Of a stretch of 64,000 nucleotides of DNA, positions 30,770 to 38,933 are shown piece after piece; positions within the stretch are counted from its first letter, which is position 1; every line of letters begins with the position of its first letter. This DNA is from Deltaproteobacteria bacterium (GTDB taxonomy: Bacteria; Myxococcota_A; UBA9160; UBA4427), in contig JAJDAN010000011.1 in the NCBI GenBank assembly GCA_029261855.1, positions 140,646 to 204,645 of the forward strand, read 5' to 3'. The position numbers and the translations under genes are program-made. The notes under the pieces were generated by a model that saw nothing but the letters and a program-made list of their open reading frames with translations, was not told the origin of the DNA and searched no databases.

Positions 30770-30834
30770 CGCGCGCAGCGTAGCCCAGGGCTCGCCGCCC
30801 TCGGCCTCACCGGCGATCTGATAGCCTGACCGCG

Positions 30835-31752
30835 ATGCGATTGCGCCCGTCGACGCTGCTCGCACCGCTTCTCGGCCTCGGCGTCCTGGGCGCTGCCTGC
30901 GCCGGACTGCAATGGGAGCCGCTCGGGCCGCGCCGCACGCAAGCCATCCCGGAAGTCTCCCGGGTCGGCAGCGAAGAGTGCGGGGTCTGCCACGAGGACG
31001 TGCGGGGCCACGAGAAGATCGCGTCCTATCACGGGGACTGTGAAGCCTGCCACGGAGGGGGCAGTCTCCACGCGAAGACCGAGGCAACCGCGGACATCCG
31101 GCACCCCTCCAACGCCGAGTGTCTCGGCTGCCACAGCGTCGCGCGGAATACGCATCTGCAGTGGGGCAACGGCGAGCATTCACGCGCGGGCCTCTACTGC
31201 ACGGACTGTCACGACCCGCATGCCACCACCACGCGTCACCTGCGCGGGCTCGAACACGTCCGCTTCCCGGACATCGACGCGGCATCGGCACTGTGCCTGT
31301 CCTGCCACGACGAGATCGCCGCGCGGCTGGGCTTCCCGTCTCACCATCCCGTGCCGGAAGGGGCGATGAGCTGCGTGTCCTGTCACGACCCCCACGAAGA
31401 CGAGCGCGTCGCCTTCGGCGATCGCAACCAGCTGTGCGCGGGCTGCCATCAGGACACGATGGGGCCCTGGATCTTCGAGCACCCACCCGTGGTAGATGAC
31501 TGCGGGATCTGCCACGCACCACACGGGGCGGTGGGTGACCACCTGCTCGAAACGATCCAACCCGTGGCCTGTCTCGGCTGTCACACCGTCGCCGACCTCG
31601 CGCACCACGAGAACCTGAGCGCCACGGGCATCCCGGGCAACACCATCGGAAGCCCATTGACGCGCCAGGAGGCCGCGACCTTCCTCGACCGCTGCACCGA
31701 CTGCCACGGCGCCATCCACGGGTCCTACACCGATGAGTTCCTGCGCCACTGA
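30835..31752 (+). CDS. Decahaem c-type cytochrome, MtrA/DmsE/PioA-like periplasmic conduit subunit
   Basis: ORF 30835..31752, 305 aa. Signal peptide present. Exactly ten CxxCH motifs: CGVCH CEACH CLGCH CTDCH CLSCH CVSCH CAGCH CGICH CLGCH CTDCH. Family-typical GPWIFEHPPV...CGICHAPHG and C-terminal CTDCHGAIHGS. Confidence 0.9.
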   Translation: MRLRPSTLLAPLLGLGVLGAACAGLQWEPLGPRRTQAIPEVSRVGSEECGVCHEDVRGHEKIASYHGDCEACHGGGSLHAKTEATADIRHPSNAECLGCHSVARNTHLQWGNGEHSRAGLYCTDCHDPHATTTRHLRGLEHVRFPDIDAASALCLSCHDEIAARLGFPSHHPVPEGAMSCVSCHDPHEDERVAFGDRNQLCAGCHQDTMGPWIFEHPPVVDDCGICHAPHGAVGDHLLETIQPVACLGCHTVADLAHHENLSATGIPGNTIGSPLTRQEAATFLDRCTDCHGAIHGSYTDEFLRH

Positions 31753-33970
31753 ACGTCTCGAGCGCGAGCGAACGGCTCACGCCTTCGCGGCGTGGGGCGT
31801 CTCGGTCCTGCTCCTCACCGCGTTGCCCGTCACGGCCGACGAGCCGGACACGACGGACGCCGACGCCGTCGCGGCCTTCGAGGCTCGCGCCGAGTTCACG
31901 CTGGGAGCGCGCTTCTACGTCATCGACAGCCCGCAGGACAACGACAACATCGGCGGCTTCTGGGATCAGTACCGGCAGACGAGAAAGAAGAACGCCGACC
32001 CGCCCACCTTCATCGACGTCCTCCACAGCGACCTCGGGCTCGCCCGCGACGACGACACCTGGCTGCTCCATCTCGAGAGCTGGAGCCCCAACGCCAACAA
32101 CGACCACGTCGCGGTCGACGCAGGCGATGGTGGGGTCGAGATCGACATCGACTACCGCCGCTATCGCAGCGAAGACCTGCGCGTCTTTCCGGAGGGCACC
32201 TTCCAGGGACAGAATCCCCCGAGCCCGATCTTTCCCTTTGGCACGGAGTACACCCCGGACGCCAGCGACGCCGAAGTTCTCGACTCGAACCGGCGGCTCT
32301 TCCTGCAGCGCACGGGGATCCACGGCGAGCTGCGCTTCCGCCCCGAGGGCTTCGACCTCGACCTTCCGCTGCTTGCCGAGGCGAGCCTCCGGTCCGGCTT
32401 CGAACGCCGCAAGGGCTTCCGCCAGGACCGCTTCCTGCTCGACATCGTCGAGCTCGCACCGAGCAATCAGCGCTTCCGGGGAAATCGACGCAAGCTCGAC
32501 CAGGAAGTGTCGAACGTCGGTGGCGCGGTGGTGGTCAGCCCGGGCGGCGATTGGGTGACGGACTTCGACGTCTCCTTCGAGAGCTTCCGGGAGAAGGCCG
32601 ACCCGGTGCTCTTCTCCGACATCGCGGCCTCGGACCCGTCGATCCCCACGCCCACGGGCAATACCGCGCTGCGCGCGTTCGACTTCGTGCCGAACACCGA
32701 CCGGGTGTCCGGCAGCATGCGGGTCGCTGGCCCCGTCGGTCCCGCGTCGGTGCAGGCCGGCGCCTTCGCGACCCACCTGAAGCAGACCAACAAGGCGCCA
32801 CTGCAGCGAAGCCTCGGTATCGACAAGCAGGCCCTCACCACCTGGTCCGCACACCTGGGCTTCGACCTTCCGCTGACCGACGGGGCGAAGGCACTCGGGA
32901 AGGTCGGCCTCAACGGATTCGCCAAGTTCTCCGAGCGTCTCAACGATCTCGACGAGAACGACTTCGAGGGGAACCGACAGATCGCGCCCATCCTGCGCCG
33001 TCGCAGCGAGCTCGAGGCGCAGCTCGAGCTCACCGCGCGACCGCTTCCCGGGGCCCTCGTCGGCACCGGCTACCGCTTCGATTCCGTCGACCGGAACCTG
33101 CGCTATGCCGCGCCACCCGGCGTCATTCAGCCCCCGCTTTCGCTCGTGGAGAAGGACGGGCAGACGCATACCGTCTACCTGCGCGCGCGCACGCGGTTGC
33201 TGCGCCGCATGCAGCTGCGCGGCGAGTTGGGCTGGCAGTACGCGCCCCAGCGCAGCTTCCCGCGCGACCCCACCTACACCGTCTACTTCGACGGCCGCGG
33301 CAGCTACACCCTGCCGCGCCCCTTCCCGCTGACACTGTCCGTCTACGGCGGCGTCCGCGACGGACACGGCAACGGCAAGGTGTTGACCGGCGAGAGCACC
33401 CAGGCCCGCAAGGACCTCGACCGACTGCAGTGGAGCTACGGGGCGACGGCCACCGCCCTGCCGATGCGGCGTGTGAGCCTCACGCTTTCGTTCATCGAGC
33501 AACGCGACGAGCAGGACTTCCCGTACCTGCGTACGGACGTCCCGCGCACAGCGGGCCCCTCCTTCACCAACTTCCTGCCCGGAACCGAGCGGCCCCACTA
33601 CCGGAGCGACGTCAAGAGCCTCGCCAACAGTCTCCATCTGAAGCTACCCGCCGACGTCGACCTCCGGCTCTTCAGCAGCGTCAGCTGGGTGCGCGCCGAC
33701 TACTCGGACGCGAGGTCGGACTCGAGCAACACGTCGAGGGTGCTCGAGAGCGCGAGCGAGGTGAAGAGTCGTATCCTGTCCGCCGGAAGCGGGGTCGGGT
33801 GGACGGCGCGCGAAGGGCTTCGCTTCGACCTCGGGTACCGCTTCGATGACTACGTCGACCATCGCGACCGCGGCGCCCTCATCGACCCCGACGATCGGCG
33901 GCACACCTTCACGGTCGCGATGACCGTCGACCTGGGCGTGTTCTCCGGGGCCGCGCGCACGCGCCGCTAG
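31733..33970 (+). CDS. Large outer-membrane beta-barrel candidate, MtrB/PioB-like partner of the decahaem cytochrome
   Basis: ORF 31733..33970. It overlaps the cytochrome gene by 20 nt. Signal peptide ...VSVLLLTALPVTA/DEP. 745 aa. Alternating amphipathic strands rich in Y/F/R/D/G (LRFDLGYRFDDY, HTFTVAMTVDLGVF). The family assignment rests on context and composition only. Confidence 0.6.
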   Translation: MSSCATERLERERTAHAFAAWGVSVLLLTALPVTADEPDTTDADAVAAFEARAEFTLGARFYVIDSPQDNDNIGGFWDQYRQTRKKNADPPTFIDVLHSDLGLARDDDTWLLHLESWSPNANNDHVAVDAGDGGVEIDIDYRRYRSEDLRVFPEGTFQGQNPPSPIFPFGTEYTPDASDAEVLDSNRRLFLQRTGIHGELRFRPEGFDLDLPLLAEASLRSGFERRKGFRQDRFLLDIVELAPSNQRFRGNRRKLDQEVSNVGGAVVVSPGGDWVTDFDVSFESFREKADPVLFSDIAASDPSIPTPTGNTALRAFDFVPNTDRVSGSMRVAGPVGPASVQAGAFATHLKQTNKAPLQRSLGIDKQALTTWSAHLGFDLPLTDGAKALGKVGLNGFAKFSERLNDLDENDFEGNRQIAPILRRRSELEAQLELTARPLPGALVGTGYRFDSVDRNLRYAAPPGVIQPPLSLVEKDGQTHTVYLRARTRLLRRMQLRGELGWQYAPQRSFPRDPTYTVYFDGRGSYTLPRPFPLTLSVYGGVRDGHGNGKVLTGESTQARKDLDRLQWSYGATATALPMRRVSLTLSFIEQRDEQDFPYLRTDVPRTAGPSFTNFLPGTERPHYRSDVKSLANSLHLKLPADVDLRLFSSVSWVRADYSDARSDSSNTSRVLESASEVKSRILSAGSGVGWTAREGLRFDLGYRFDDYVDHRDRGALIDPDDRRHTFTVAMTVDLGVFSGAARTRR

Positions 33971-33977
33971 CGACCGG

Positions 33978-33996
33978 GATCGCTCGACTAGCGATC
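33978..33996. terminator. Stem-loop between the convergent mtrB-like gene and the cytochrome operon
   Basis: gatcgct-cgact-agcgatc: 7-bp perfect stem and 5-nt loop. It overlaps the minus-strand stop at 33988-33990. Confidence 0.35.
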
Positions 33997-34671
33997 CGCC
34001 TCGGCGGCTTCCTCGGCGGCCTCCTGAGCGTCTTCCAGCTCGACGAAGCGGCCCTTCACGTCGGCGGGGATCGGGTGGGCGATGCGTTCCTTTGCGGTCG
34101 CGAAGTCGAACCCCGCGCGGCTTCCGTCGGGCAGCTGATAGCGGTTCGGGTCGAAGGTCGGGCTCGATGCGTTGTGGCAACCGATGCAGAGCGCCTCGTC
34201 GTCGGCGTCGCGCAACCCCTTGCGCGTGGCGAGCTTGCGGTCGGACATGATCTTCTTCTTGCGGTAGTCGCGACCCGGCCCGTGGCAGGTCTCGCACTGC
34301 ACACCGTCTTCCCGGCCGAGCGGGTGTGCGACGCGCACGGGGGGCACGCCGTGAGCGCTCAGGTGACAACCCAGGCAGGCGTCGCTCTCTGCCGGGGGTC
34401 GATCGAGTCCCTGCTCGGCGGCGATCGCCAGCGACGCGGGGCTCTTCAGCGTCGCGTAGGCGTGCCGGTGTGGTCCGGATCTCCAGGCAGCTACCTGGTC
34501 TCCCATCAGCTGCTTCTCGTGACAGGTCCGGCACTTCTCGACGCCCACCCAGTCCCGATCCCGCGCGGCGGCCGGCGACCCCACGAGCAGCCCACTCCCG
34601 ATCACGATTCCGATCCCGATTCCGATCGCGCCCAGGCGACCGGCATGGCGGACCCGGCTCCCGGGAGGCAT
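33988..34671 (-). CDS. Tetrahaem cytochrome c (cytochrome c554-like)
   Basis: ATG 34671 in frame within ORF 33988..35343. The stop of the upstream gene and this ATG share 1 nt (TGATG). N-terminal signal/anchor. Four CxxCH motifs: CRTCH, CLGCH, CETCH, CIGCH. Also WRSGPHRHAYATL. Confidence 0.85.
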   Translation of the reverse strand: MPPGSRVRHAGRLGAIGIGIGIVIGSGLLVGSPAAARDRDWVGVEKCRTCHEKQLMGDQVAAWRSGPHRHAYATLKSPASLAIAAEQGLDRPPAESDACLGCHLSAHGVPPVRVAHPLGREDGVQCETCHGPGRDYRKKKIMSDRKLATRKGLRDADDEALCIGCHNASSPTFDPNRYQLPDGSRAGFDFATAKERIAHPIPADVKGRFVELEDAQEAAEEAAEADR

Positions 34672-35483
34672 CACGAGAGACTTCGAAGCATCAGCCAGAG
34701 ACAGACGCAGACGGCGGCGAGCGCGGCGAGCAACGCGGCTCCGAAGCGAACGCGACGGTCGACCTGGCCCTCGTACGCGGACACCTGCTGCGCGATCTCG
34801 TCGACCTTCGCCTGGCTGGCGGCATGGGCCCTCGCGATCTCGCCGTCGTCGAAGCCGTGCACCGCACGCGCGAGTCGCGCGCGCTCGACCTGGAGCCTCG
34901 CGCGGTAGTCGGAAAGCTCGATCCCCCGGTCCTCCACCGCGGCCAGGCGCTCGAGTACGCGCCCGCGCGCCTCCCGGGCCGAGCCGAGTAGCGCGACCGC
35001 GGCCTGCGGGTCCGCGAGGGCCGGACACCCCGGGCAGCTGTCGGACGTCACGATCTGCCCGGGCTGCGCTTCCTGGACGCGGTGCCCCTCCTGCATGTGG
35101 CAGCTCGCGCAGGTCGCCACGCGAATGCCGTCTGCCAGCGCGGCACCAAAACGCCCCTGGCGGTAGCTCTCGGCGATGCCTTCGTGACACGCGCCGCAGT
35201 GCTCCGTCATCTCGGTCCAGGACGGCAGGTCCATGAAGCCCGCTTCCGGACTCATGGATGCGTCCGCGTCCTCGACGCGGGGATCCCCGCCGTGACAGGC
35301 ATCGCAGGACACACCGCTCGCGGCATGCACGCTCTCCCGCCACTCGGGCACGGGCAACGCGAGCACCGCGTCGATGTCGACCTCATGGCAGGCCACGCAG
35401 GTGTCGTCGTCCGCCCGACCGATGGCGGAGATCGCCGACGACAGGATGACGAGCAGCACTCCCCCCAAGAGCCAGCCCTTCAC
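34671..35483 (-). CDS. Tetrahaem cytochrome c with coiled coil and C-terminal TM anchor (c1-like role)
   Basis: GTG 35483 overlaps the cytochrome b stop (GTGA), in frame within ORF 34671..36014. Signal sequence MKGWLLGGVLLVILSSAISAIGRA. Four CxxCH motifs: CVACH, CDACH, CGACH, CASCH. C-terminal helix FGAALLAALAAVCVCLWLML. Confidence 0.8.
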   Translation of the reverse strand: MKGWLLGGVLLVILSSAISAIGRADDDTCVACHEVDIDAVLALPVPEWRESVHAASGVSCDACHGGDPRVEDADASMSPEAGFMDLPSWTEMTEHCGACHEGIAESYRQGRFGAALADGIRVATCASCHMQEGHRVQEAQPGQIVTSDSCPGCPALADPQAAVALLGSAREARGRVLERLAAVEDRGIELSDYRARLQVERARLARAVHGFDDGEIARAHAASQAKVDEIAQQVSAYEGQVDRRVRFGAALLAALAAVCVCLWLMLRSLS

Positions 35484-36541
35484 GCCCGAGCTCCCGCGAT
35501 CGTCAAGGCCACGAAGGCAAGCACGACCCCGATCAGAACCGTCGTCAGGTAGGGTCGATCCCGGGGATGTCGCCGGGGGCTGCGGTCGACCAGCGGCAAG
35601 GCAAACAGCGCGAGCAACAGGCCAGCCTGGACGATCAGCGCCAGCCGCTCCGGCATGAAGCGGGGCAGCGCGTAGGCCCACAGGAAGTACCACTCGGGCT
35701 TCACGTTCAAGGGAGTATCGAAGGGATCCGCCGGCAACGCGTGCTCGACAGGAAAGAAGAGATTCGGCGCGAAGACCACCGAGGCGACCAATGCCATCGC
35801 GAAGACGCCGCACGCCAGCGCAGCGCGAAGGGCGACGCGCGGCCACACGGGGATCGGCGCAGGCCCTTCCGCGTCCGCGCGACGCCCCGGTCGACCGGCG
35901 AGGCCGACCCGGCGAACCCAGGCGAGGTGGACCGCGACGCCGGCCACGAGGGCGAGCGGCAGCAGCGCGACGTGGGCCGCGAAGGCCCTTCGATAGGTGG
36001 CGTCGCCCACCCACTCACCACCGCGGACCCACTCCGTGGCGCTCTGACCCACGAAGGGCAGGTAGGAGAGCGACGCGGTCACCACGGTGGTCGCCCAGAA
36101 GGAAGTCTGGCTCCAGGGCAGGATGTAGCCCGTCAAGGCCGACGCCAGGATCGCCAGGAACAGGACGCAGCCACTCCACCAGACGGCCTCGCGCGGGTCC
36201 TTGTAGCTGCCCCGGAAGGCGGCGTGAAAGAGGTGCACGAATGCGATGGCAACCAGGAAGCTCGCACCGTGCGCGTGTGCGAGGCGGATCAACCAGCCGT
36301 AGGGAACGTCGCGCATGAGCGCGCGCACGCTCTCGAAGGCGCCGGACGGGTCCGGCACGAAGTGGAACAGCAGCAACATCCCCGTCGCCAGCTGCAACAG
36401 CAACGCGAAGACGAGCACGGCTCCGAGCGATACAGGCTTCCCGGTATCGGCGGGCACCCGGTAGGCGGCAAATCGCCGAATGGACGTGCCGAGGCCGGTT
36501 CGTCGGTCGAGGGACTGCCACAGGCGTCGGCTGCGAGACAT
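35480..36541 (-). CDS. Cytochrome b (fused b6 and subunit-IV type) of a Rieske/cytochrome b complex
   Basis: ORF 35480..36541. Bis-His helices RLAHAHGASFLVAIAFVHLFH and AAHVALLPLALVAGVAVHL. PEWYFLWAY motif. Confidence 0.9.
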   Translation of the reverse strand: MSRSRRLWQSLDRRTGLGTSIRRFAAYRVPADTGKPVSLGAVLVFALLLQLATGMLLLFHFVPDPSGAFESVRALMRDVPYGWLIRLAHAHGASFLVAIAFVHLFHAAFRGSYKDPREAVWWSGCVLFLAILASALTGYILPWSQTSFWATTVVTASLSYLPFVGQSATEWVRGGEWVGDATYRRAFAAHVALLPLALVAGVAVHLAWVRRVGLAGRPGRRADAEGPAPIPVWPRVALRAALACGVFAMALVASVVFAPNLFFPVEHALPADPFDTPLNVKPEWYFLWAYALPRFMPERLALIVQAGLLLALFALPLVDRSPRRHPRDRPYLTTVLIGVVLAFVALTIAGARA

Positions 36542-36544
36542 CGC

Positions 36545-37000
36545 TCAGGTCTTGCGCACGACGATGGCGCCCGGCTCTTCGCTCACCTCGAGCCGAGCGA
36601 GGGAACGCGGAGCCGGTCCGCCCCGCACGCGGCCTTCGGCGTCGAAGCGGGCGCCGTGGCACGGGCAGAAGAACTCGCGACGCCCCTTGCGCCACTTCAC
36701 CACGCAGCCGAGGTGCGTACAGATCGCGGAGAATGCCCGCACCCCTTCGTTGGTGCGCACGACCAACACGGGCCGACCCGCCACCACCACCTGCCGCGCC
36801 TCCCACAGGCCCAGGCTGTCGTCGATGGCGGCGACGGCCTCCGCCTCGGGCAGCGCGAGGGGCCGCAGGTAGCTGGCAACGGGTGCCGCGGCCATTCCGG
36901 CCAGCACCGCAGTGGATCCGCCCATCAACAGCTGAAGCACGCGACGACGATCGACGCCCCGCTCGGGTCTGTTGCCGTCGTCGTCGCCAGGCGGTGCCAT
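36545..37000 (-). CDS. Rieske [2Fe-2S] iron-sulfur subunit (Tat-exported)
   Basis: ORF 36545..37000. Twin-arginine signal [12 protein letters not shown]. Cluster motifs CTHLGC and CPCHGARF. Confidence 0.9.
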   Translation of the reverse strand: MAPPGDDDGNRPERGVDRRRVLQLLMGGSTAVLAGMAAAPVASYLRPLALPEAEAVAAIDDSLGLWEARQVVVAGRPVLVVRTNEGVRAFSAICTHLGCVVKWRKGRREFFCPCHGARFDAEGRVRGGPAPRSLARLEVSEEPGAIVVRKT

Positions 37001-37097
37001 GAGCGGCCATTCTCAAGGATCGGCGTGCACGACGCAATCTCGCCCCTCGGCTACCGTGGTCCCCGCTCCCACCGCCGGAGCCGGAGGACGAGTCCCC

Positions 37098-37823
37098 TTG
37101 CTGGCAAGTCGCAGTCGCCCGATCTGGATCGTCGTTCTCCTGCTGCTCTCGAGCGCGCCCGCATCCTCTAACGAGAACGGCATCGACTCGTTCTTTCAGA
37201 GCGATGGCGCGGGTACCTGCGGCGGCGGCGTCTCGGGCATCCTGTGTCACGGCCCCGCTTCGGACGATGTGCAGGTGACGATCGCGGGGCCAGCCAACCT
37301 GGCTCCGGGTGAGACCCAGGCCTACACGATCGAGATCGAGCAGCTGGCGCCGGGCGGGTTGCAGATCGGCGCGGGGCTCAACGTCCACGCCTACATGGAC
37401 CAGGTCCTCACGGATCTCGACGACGGTGTCCTCACCGAAGCCCTCGACAACGCGCAGATCACGACCGCCGACGGCCTGCAGTTCGTCTTCACGGGTCAGC
37501 TGACCCACGTCAACGCGCCGAGCATGGGGACCGACGGATCCCGGGGCGTGTTCGCCTACAGCTTCGAGGTCACGGCCCCGGACGAGCCCGGCAGCCTCGA
37601 GCTGCGGGGCGCCATGAATTCCTTCAACGACAGCGGTGACAACTTCGGCGACAAGTGGAGCAACACCTCCCTCGTCGTCACGGTGCCGGAGCCGACGACC
37701 ACAGCCGCGGCGGGCCTCGCAAGCGTGCTCGCCCTCGGGATCCTCGGAGGGCGGAGGACGCGGCGCCTGACCGGGGCGCGAAATCGGGGTCGCGGCCTGA
37801 TCCGCATGACGGATCAGGGCTAG
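37098..37823 (+). CDS. Secreted PEP-CTERM protein of unknown function
   Basis: In frame within ORF 36972..37823. Preferred start is TTG 37098, with GGAGGA 9 nt upstream, giving the signal peptide MLASRSRPIWIVVLLLLSSAPASS. Canonical tail VPEPTTTAAAGLASVLALGILGGRRTRR. Confidence 0.7.
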   Translation: MLASRSRPIWIVVLLLLSSAPASSNENGIDSFFQSDGAGTCGGGVSGILCHGPASDDVQVTIAGPANLAPGETQAYTIEIEQLAPGGLQIGAGLNVHAYMDQVLTDLDDGVLTEALDNAQITTADGLQFVFTGQLTHVNAPSMGTDGSRGVFAYSFEVTAPDEPGSLELRGAMNSFNDSGDNFGDKWSNTSLVVTVPEPTTTAAAGLASVLALGILGGRRTRRLTGARNRGRGLIRMTDQG

Positions 37824-37832
37824 CGTTGGCCC

Positions 37833-38360
37833 ATGGCGTCGACCCACCTCGTCCTCACCGTCATCGCCCGGGACCAACCGGGCGTCGTCGAAGCCCTCTC
37901 CCAGGCCGTCGCCCAGCAGGACGCGAACTGGCTCGGCAGCCGGATGGCTCGGCTCGGGGGCGAATTCGCGGGGATCGTCGAGGTCAGCGTGCCGACCTCG
38001 AACGCCACCGCCCTGCGCGATGCCCTCACCGCCCTCGAAGCGCGCGGCCTGCGGGTCCTCATCCAGGAGTCGACCGCCCGGGCGGACAGCGGCGGGGACT
38101 CGCGGCGGCTGCACCTCGAGCTGGTGGGCAACGACCGACCGGGCATCGTTGCGGAGATTTCGCAGGCCTTGGCTCGGCGCGGAGTGAACGTCGACGAACT
38201 CGAAACCAGCTGCGAGAGCGCCGCCATGTCGGGCGACGCCCTGTTCCGCGCGACCGCCCAGCTCGAGGTGCCAGCCGGGCTCACCGTGGAGTCCCTCGGC
38301 GAAGAACTCGAGAAGATCGCCGCCGACCTGATGGTGGACCTGACCCTCGCCGGAAGGTGA
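37833..38360 (+). CDS. gcvR: Tandem ACT-domain protein, GcvR-like (glycine cleavage system regulator family)
   Basis: ORF 37833..38360. Two ACT N-caps: LVLTVIARDQPGVVEALS and LELVGNDRPGIVAEIS. Confidence 0.7.
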   Translation: MASTHLVLTVIARDQPGVVEALSQAVAQQDANWLGSRMARLGGEFAGIVEVSVPTSNATALRDALTALEARGLRVLIQESTARADSGGDSRRLHLELVGNDRPGIVAEISQALARRGVNVDELETSCESAAMSGDALFRATAQLEVPAGLTVESLGEELEKIAADLMVDLTLAGR

Positions 38361-38388
38361 AGCGGCGCGCCGGAAGGTGAAGGGTCGC
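38349..38388. repeat. 20-bp tandem duplication spanning the gcvR-like stop codon
   Basis: gccggaaggtgaagcggcgc followed by gccggaaggtgaagggtcgc. The first copy contains the TGA at 38358-38360. Confidence 0.9.
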
Positions 38389-38462
38389 GCGGGGTGGTGC
38401 AACACCGAGCCGCGTTGCGTAAGCTTCCCACCGCCCGCCTCATGGGCACGGGGGAGGAAACA

Positions 38463-38906
38463 ATGATTCGCGCCATGCGCTTCGCGGCGGTCGCCGCACT
38501 CACTACGATCCTGATTGCACCTGCCGCTCTGGCGCGTGAAGACGCCGTCCAGGTTTCCGTCCAATGGGTCAAGGACAATGCCGACCAGAGCAAGGTGCTG
38601 CCGAACATCGGGTGGTACATGAACGGCCAGAAGCACAAGAGCGTGAAGGAACGCTACAACCTGGCCGCCACCACCAAGAGCACCAACGCGGCCTTCAAGA
38701 GCGACGAGGCAGCCTGCTCGCGCGCATTCCTGTCGGCGATCATCCAGCTGCAGACGGCAGCACGGAACATGGGCGCGGACGCCGTCGTGGACATCAAGTC
38801 GACGGCCATGGGGCAGACCACCGAGGCCTCGGACACCTTCGCGTGCACCGCCGGCAACATTCTTGCCCGGGTGTCTCTCACCGGCGTGCCTGTCAAGTTC
38901 AAGTAG
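38463..38906 (+). CDS. Small secreted protein, unknown function
   Basis: ATG 38463 with GGGGAGGAAACA upstream, in frame within ORF 38394..38906. Signal peptide MIRAMRFAAVAALTTILIAPAALA. Lys-rich. Visibly lower GC than its neighbours. Confidence 0.6.
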   Translation: MIRAMRFAAVAALTTILIAPAALAREDAVQVSVQWVKDNADQSKVLPNIGWYMNGQKHKSVKERYNLAATTKSTNAAFKSDEAACSRAFLSAIIQLQTAARNMGADAVVDIKSTAMGQTTEASDTFACTAGNILARVSLTGVPVKFK

Positions 38907-38933
38907 AGGTGCGCTCGAATCGGGGGCGGACGG

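Noticed and set aside
29891-33637. A 1248-aa minus-strand ORF, the longest in the track.
   Set aside because: Only its last 292 codons (psd, from ATG 30769) look like protein. The rest is Arg/Gly/Pro/Ala-rich and lies antisense to the well-supported decahaem cytochrome and barrel genes. This is a typical high-GC shadow ORF.
36999-37001. ATG 36999 as the start of the PEP-CTERM protein (CATG shared with the Rieske start on the opposite strand).
   Set aside because: It would leave no promoter space for either divergent gene and would add 33 non-signal residues. TTG 37098, with GGAGGA 9 nt upstream, gives a clean signal peptide.
36015-38636. An 873-aa minus-strand ORF. The large ORFs 12147..14468(+), 25618..27375(+), 9268..11157(-), 5887..7611(-), 2606..4669(+), 18192..19559(-), 57178..59263(-) and 54508..55794(-) fall in the same class.
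   Set aside because: All overlap motif-bearing genes on the other strand or in another frame. All have extreme Arg/Pro/Gly/Ala content with no recognisable domains.
38463-38906. The lower-GC, Lys-rich small secreted protein, considered as a horizontally acquired islet.
   Set aside because: It is a single gene with no flanking repeats, integrase or tRNA. The compositional shift is modest and was judged only by eye.
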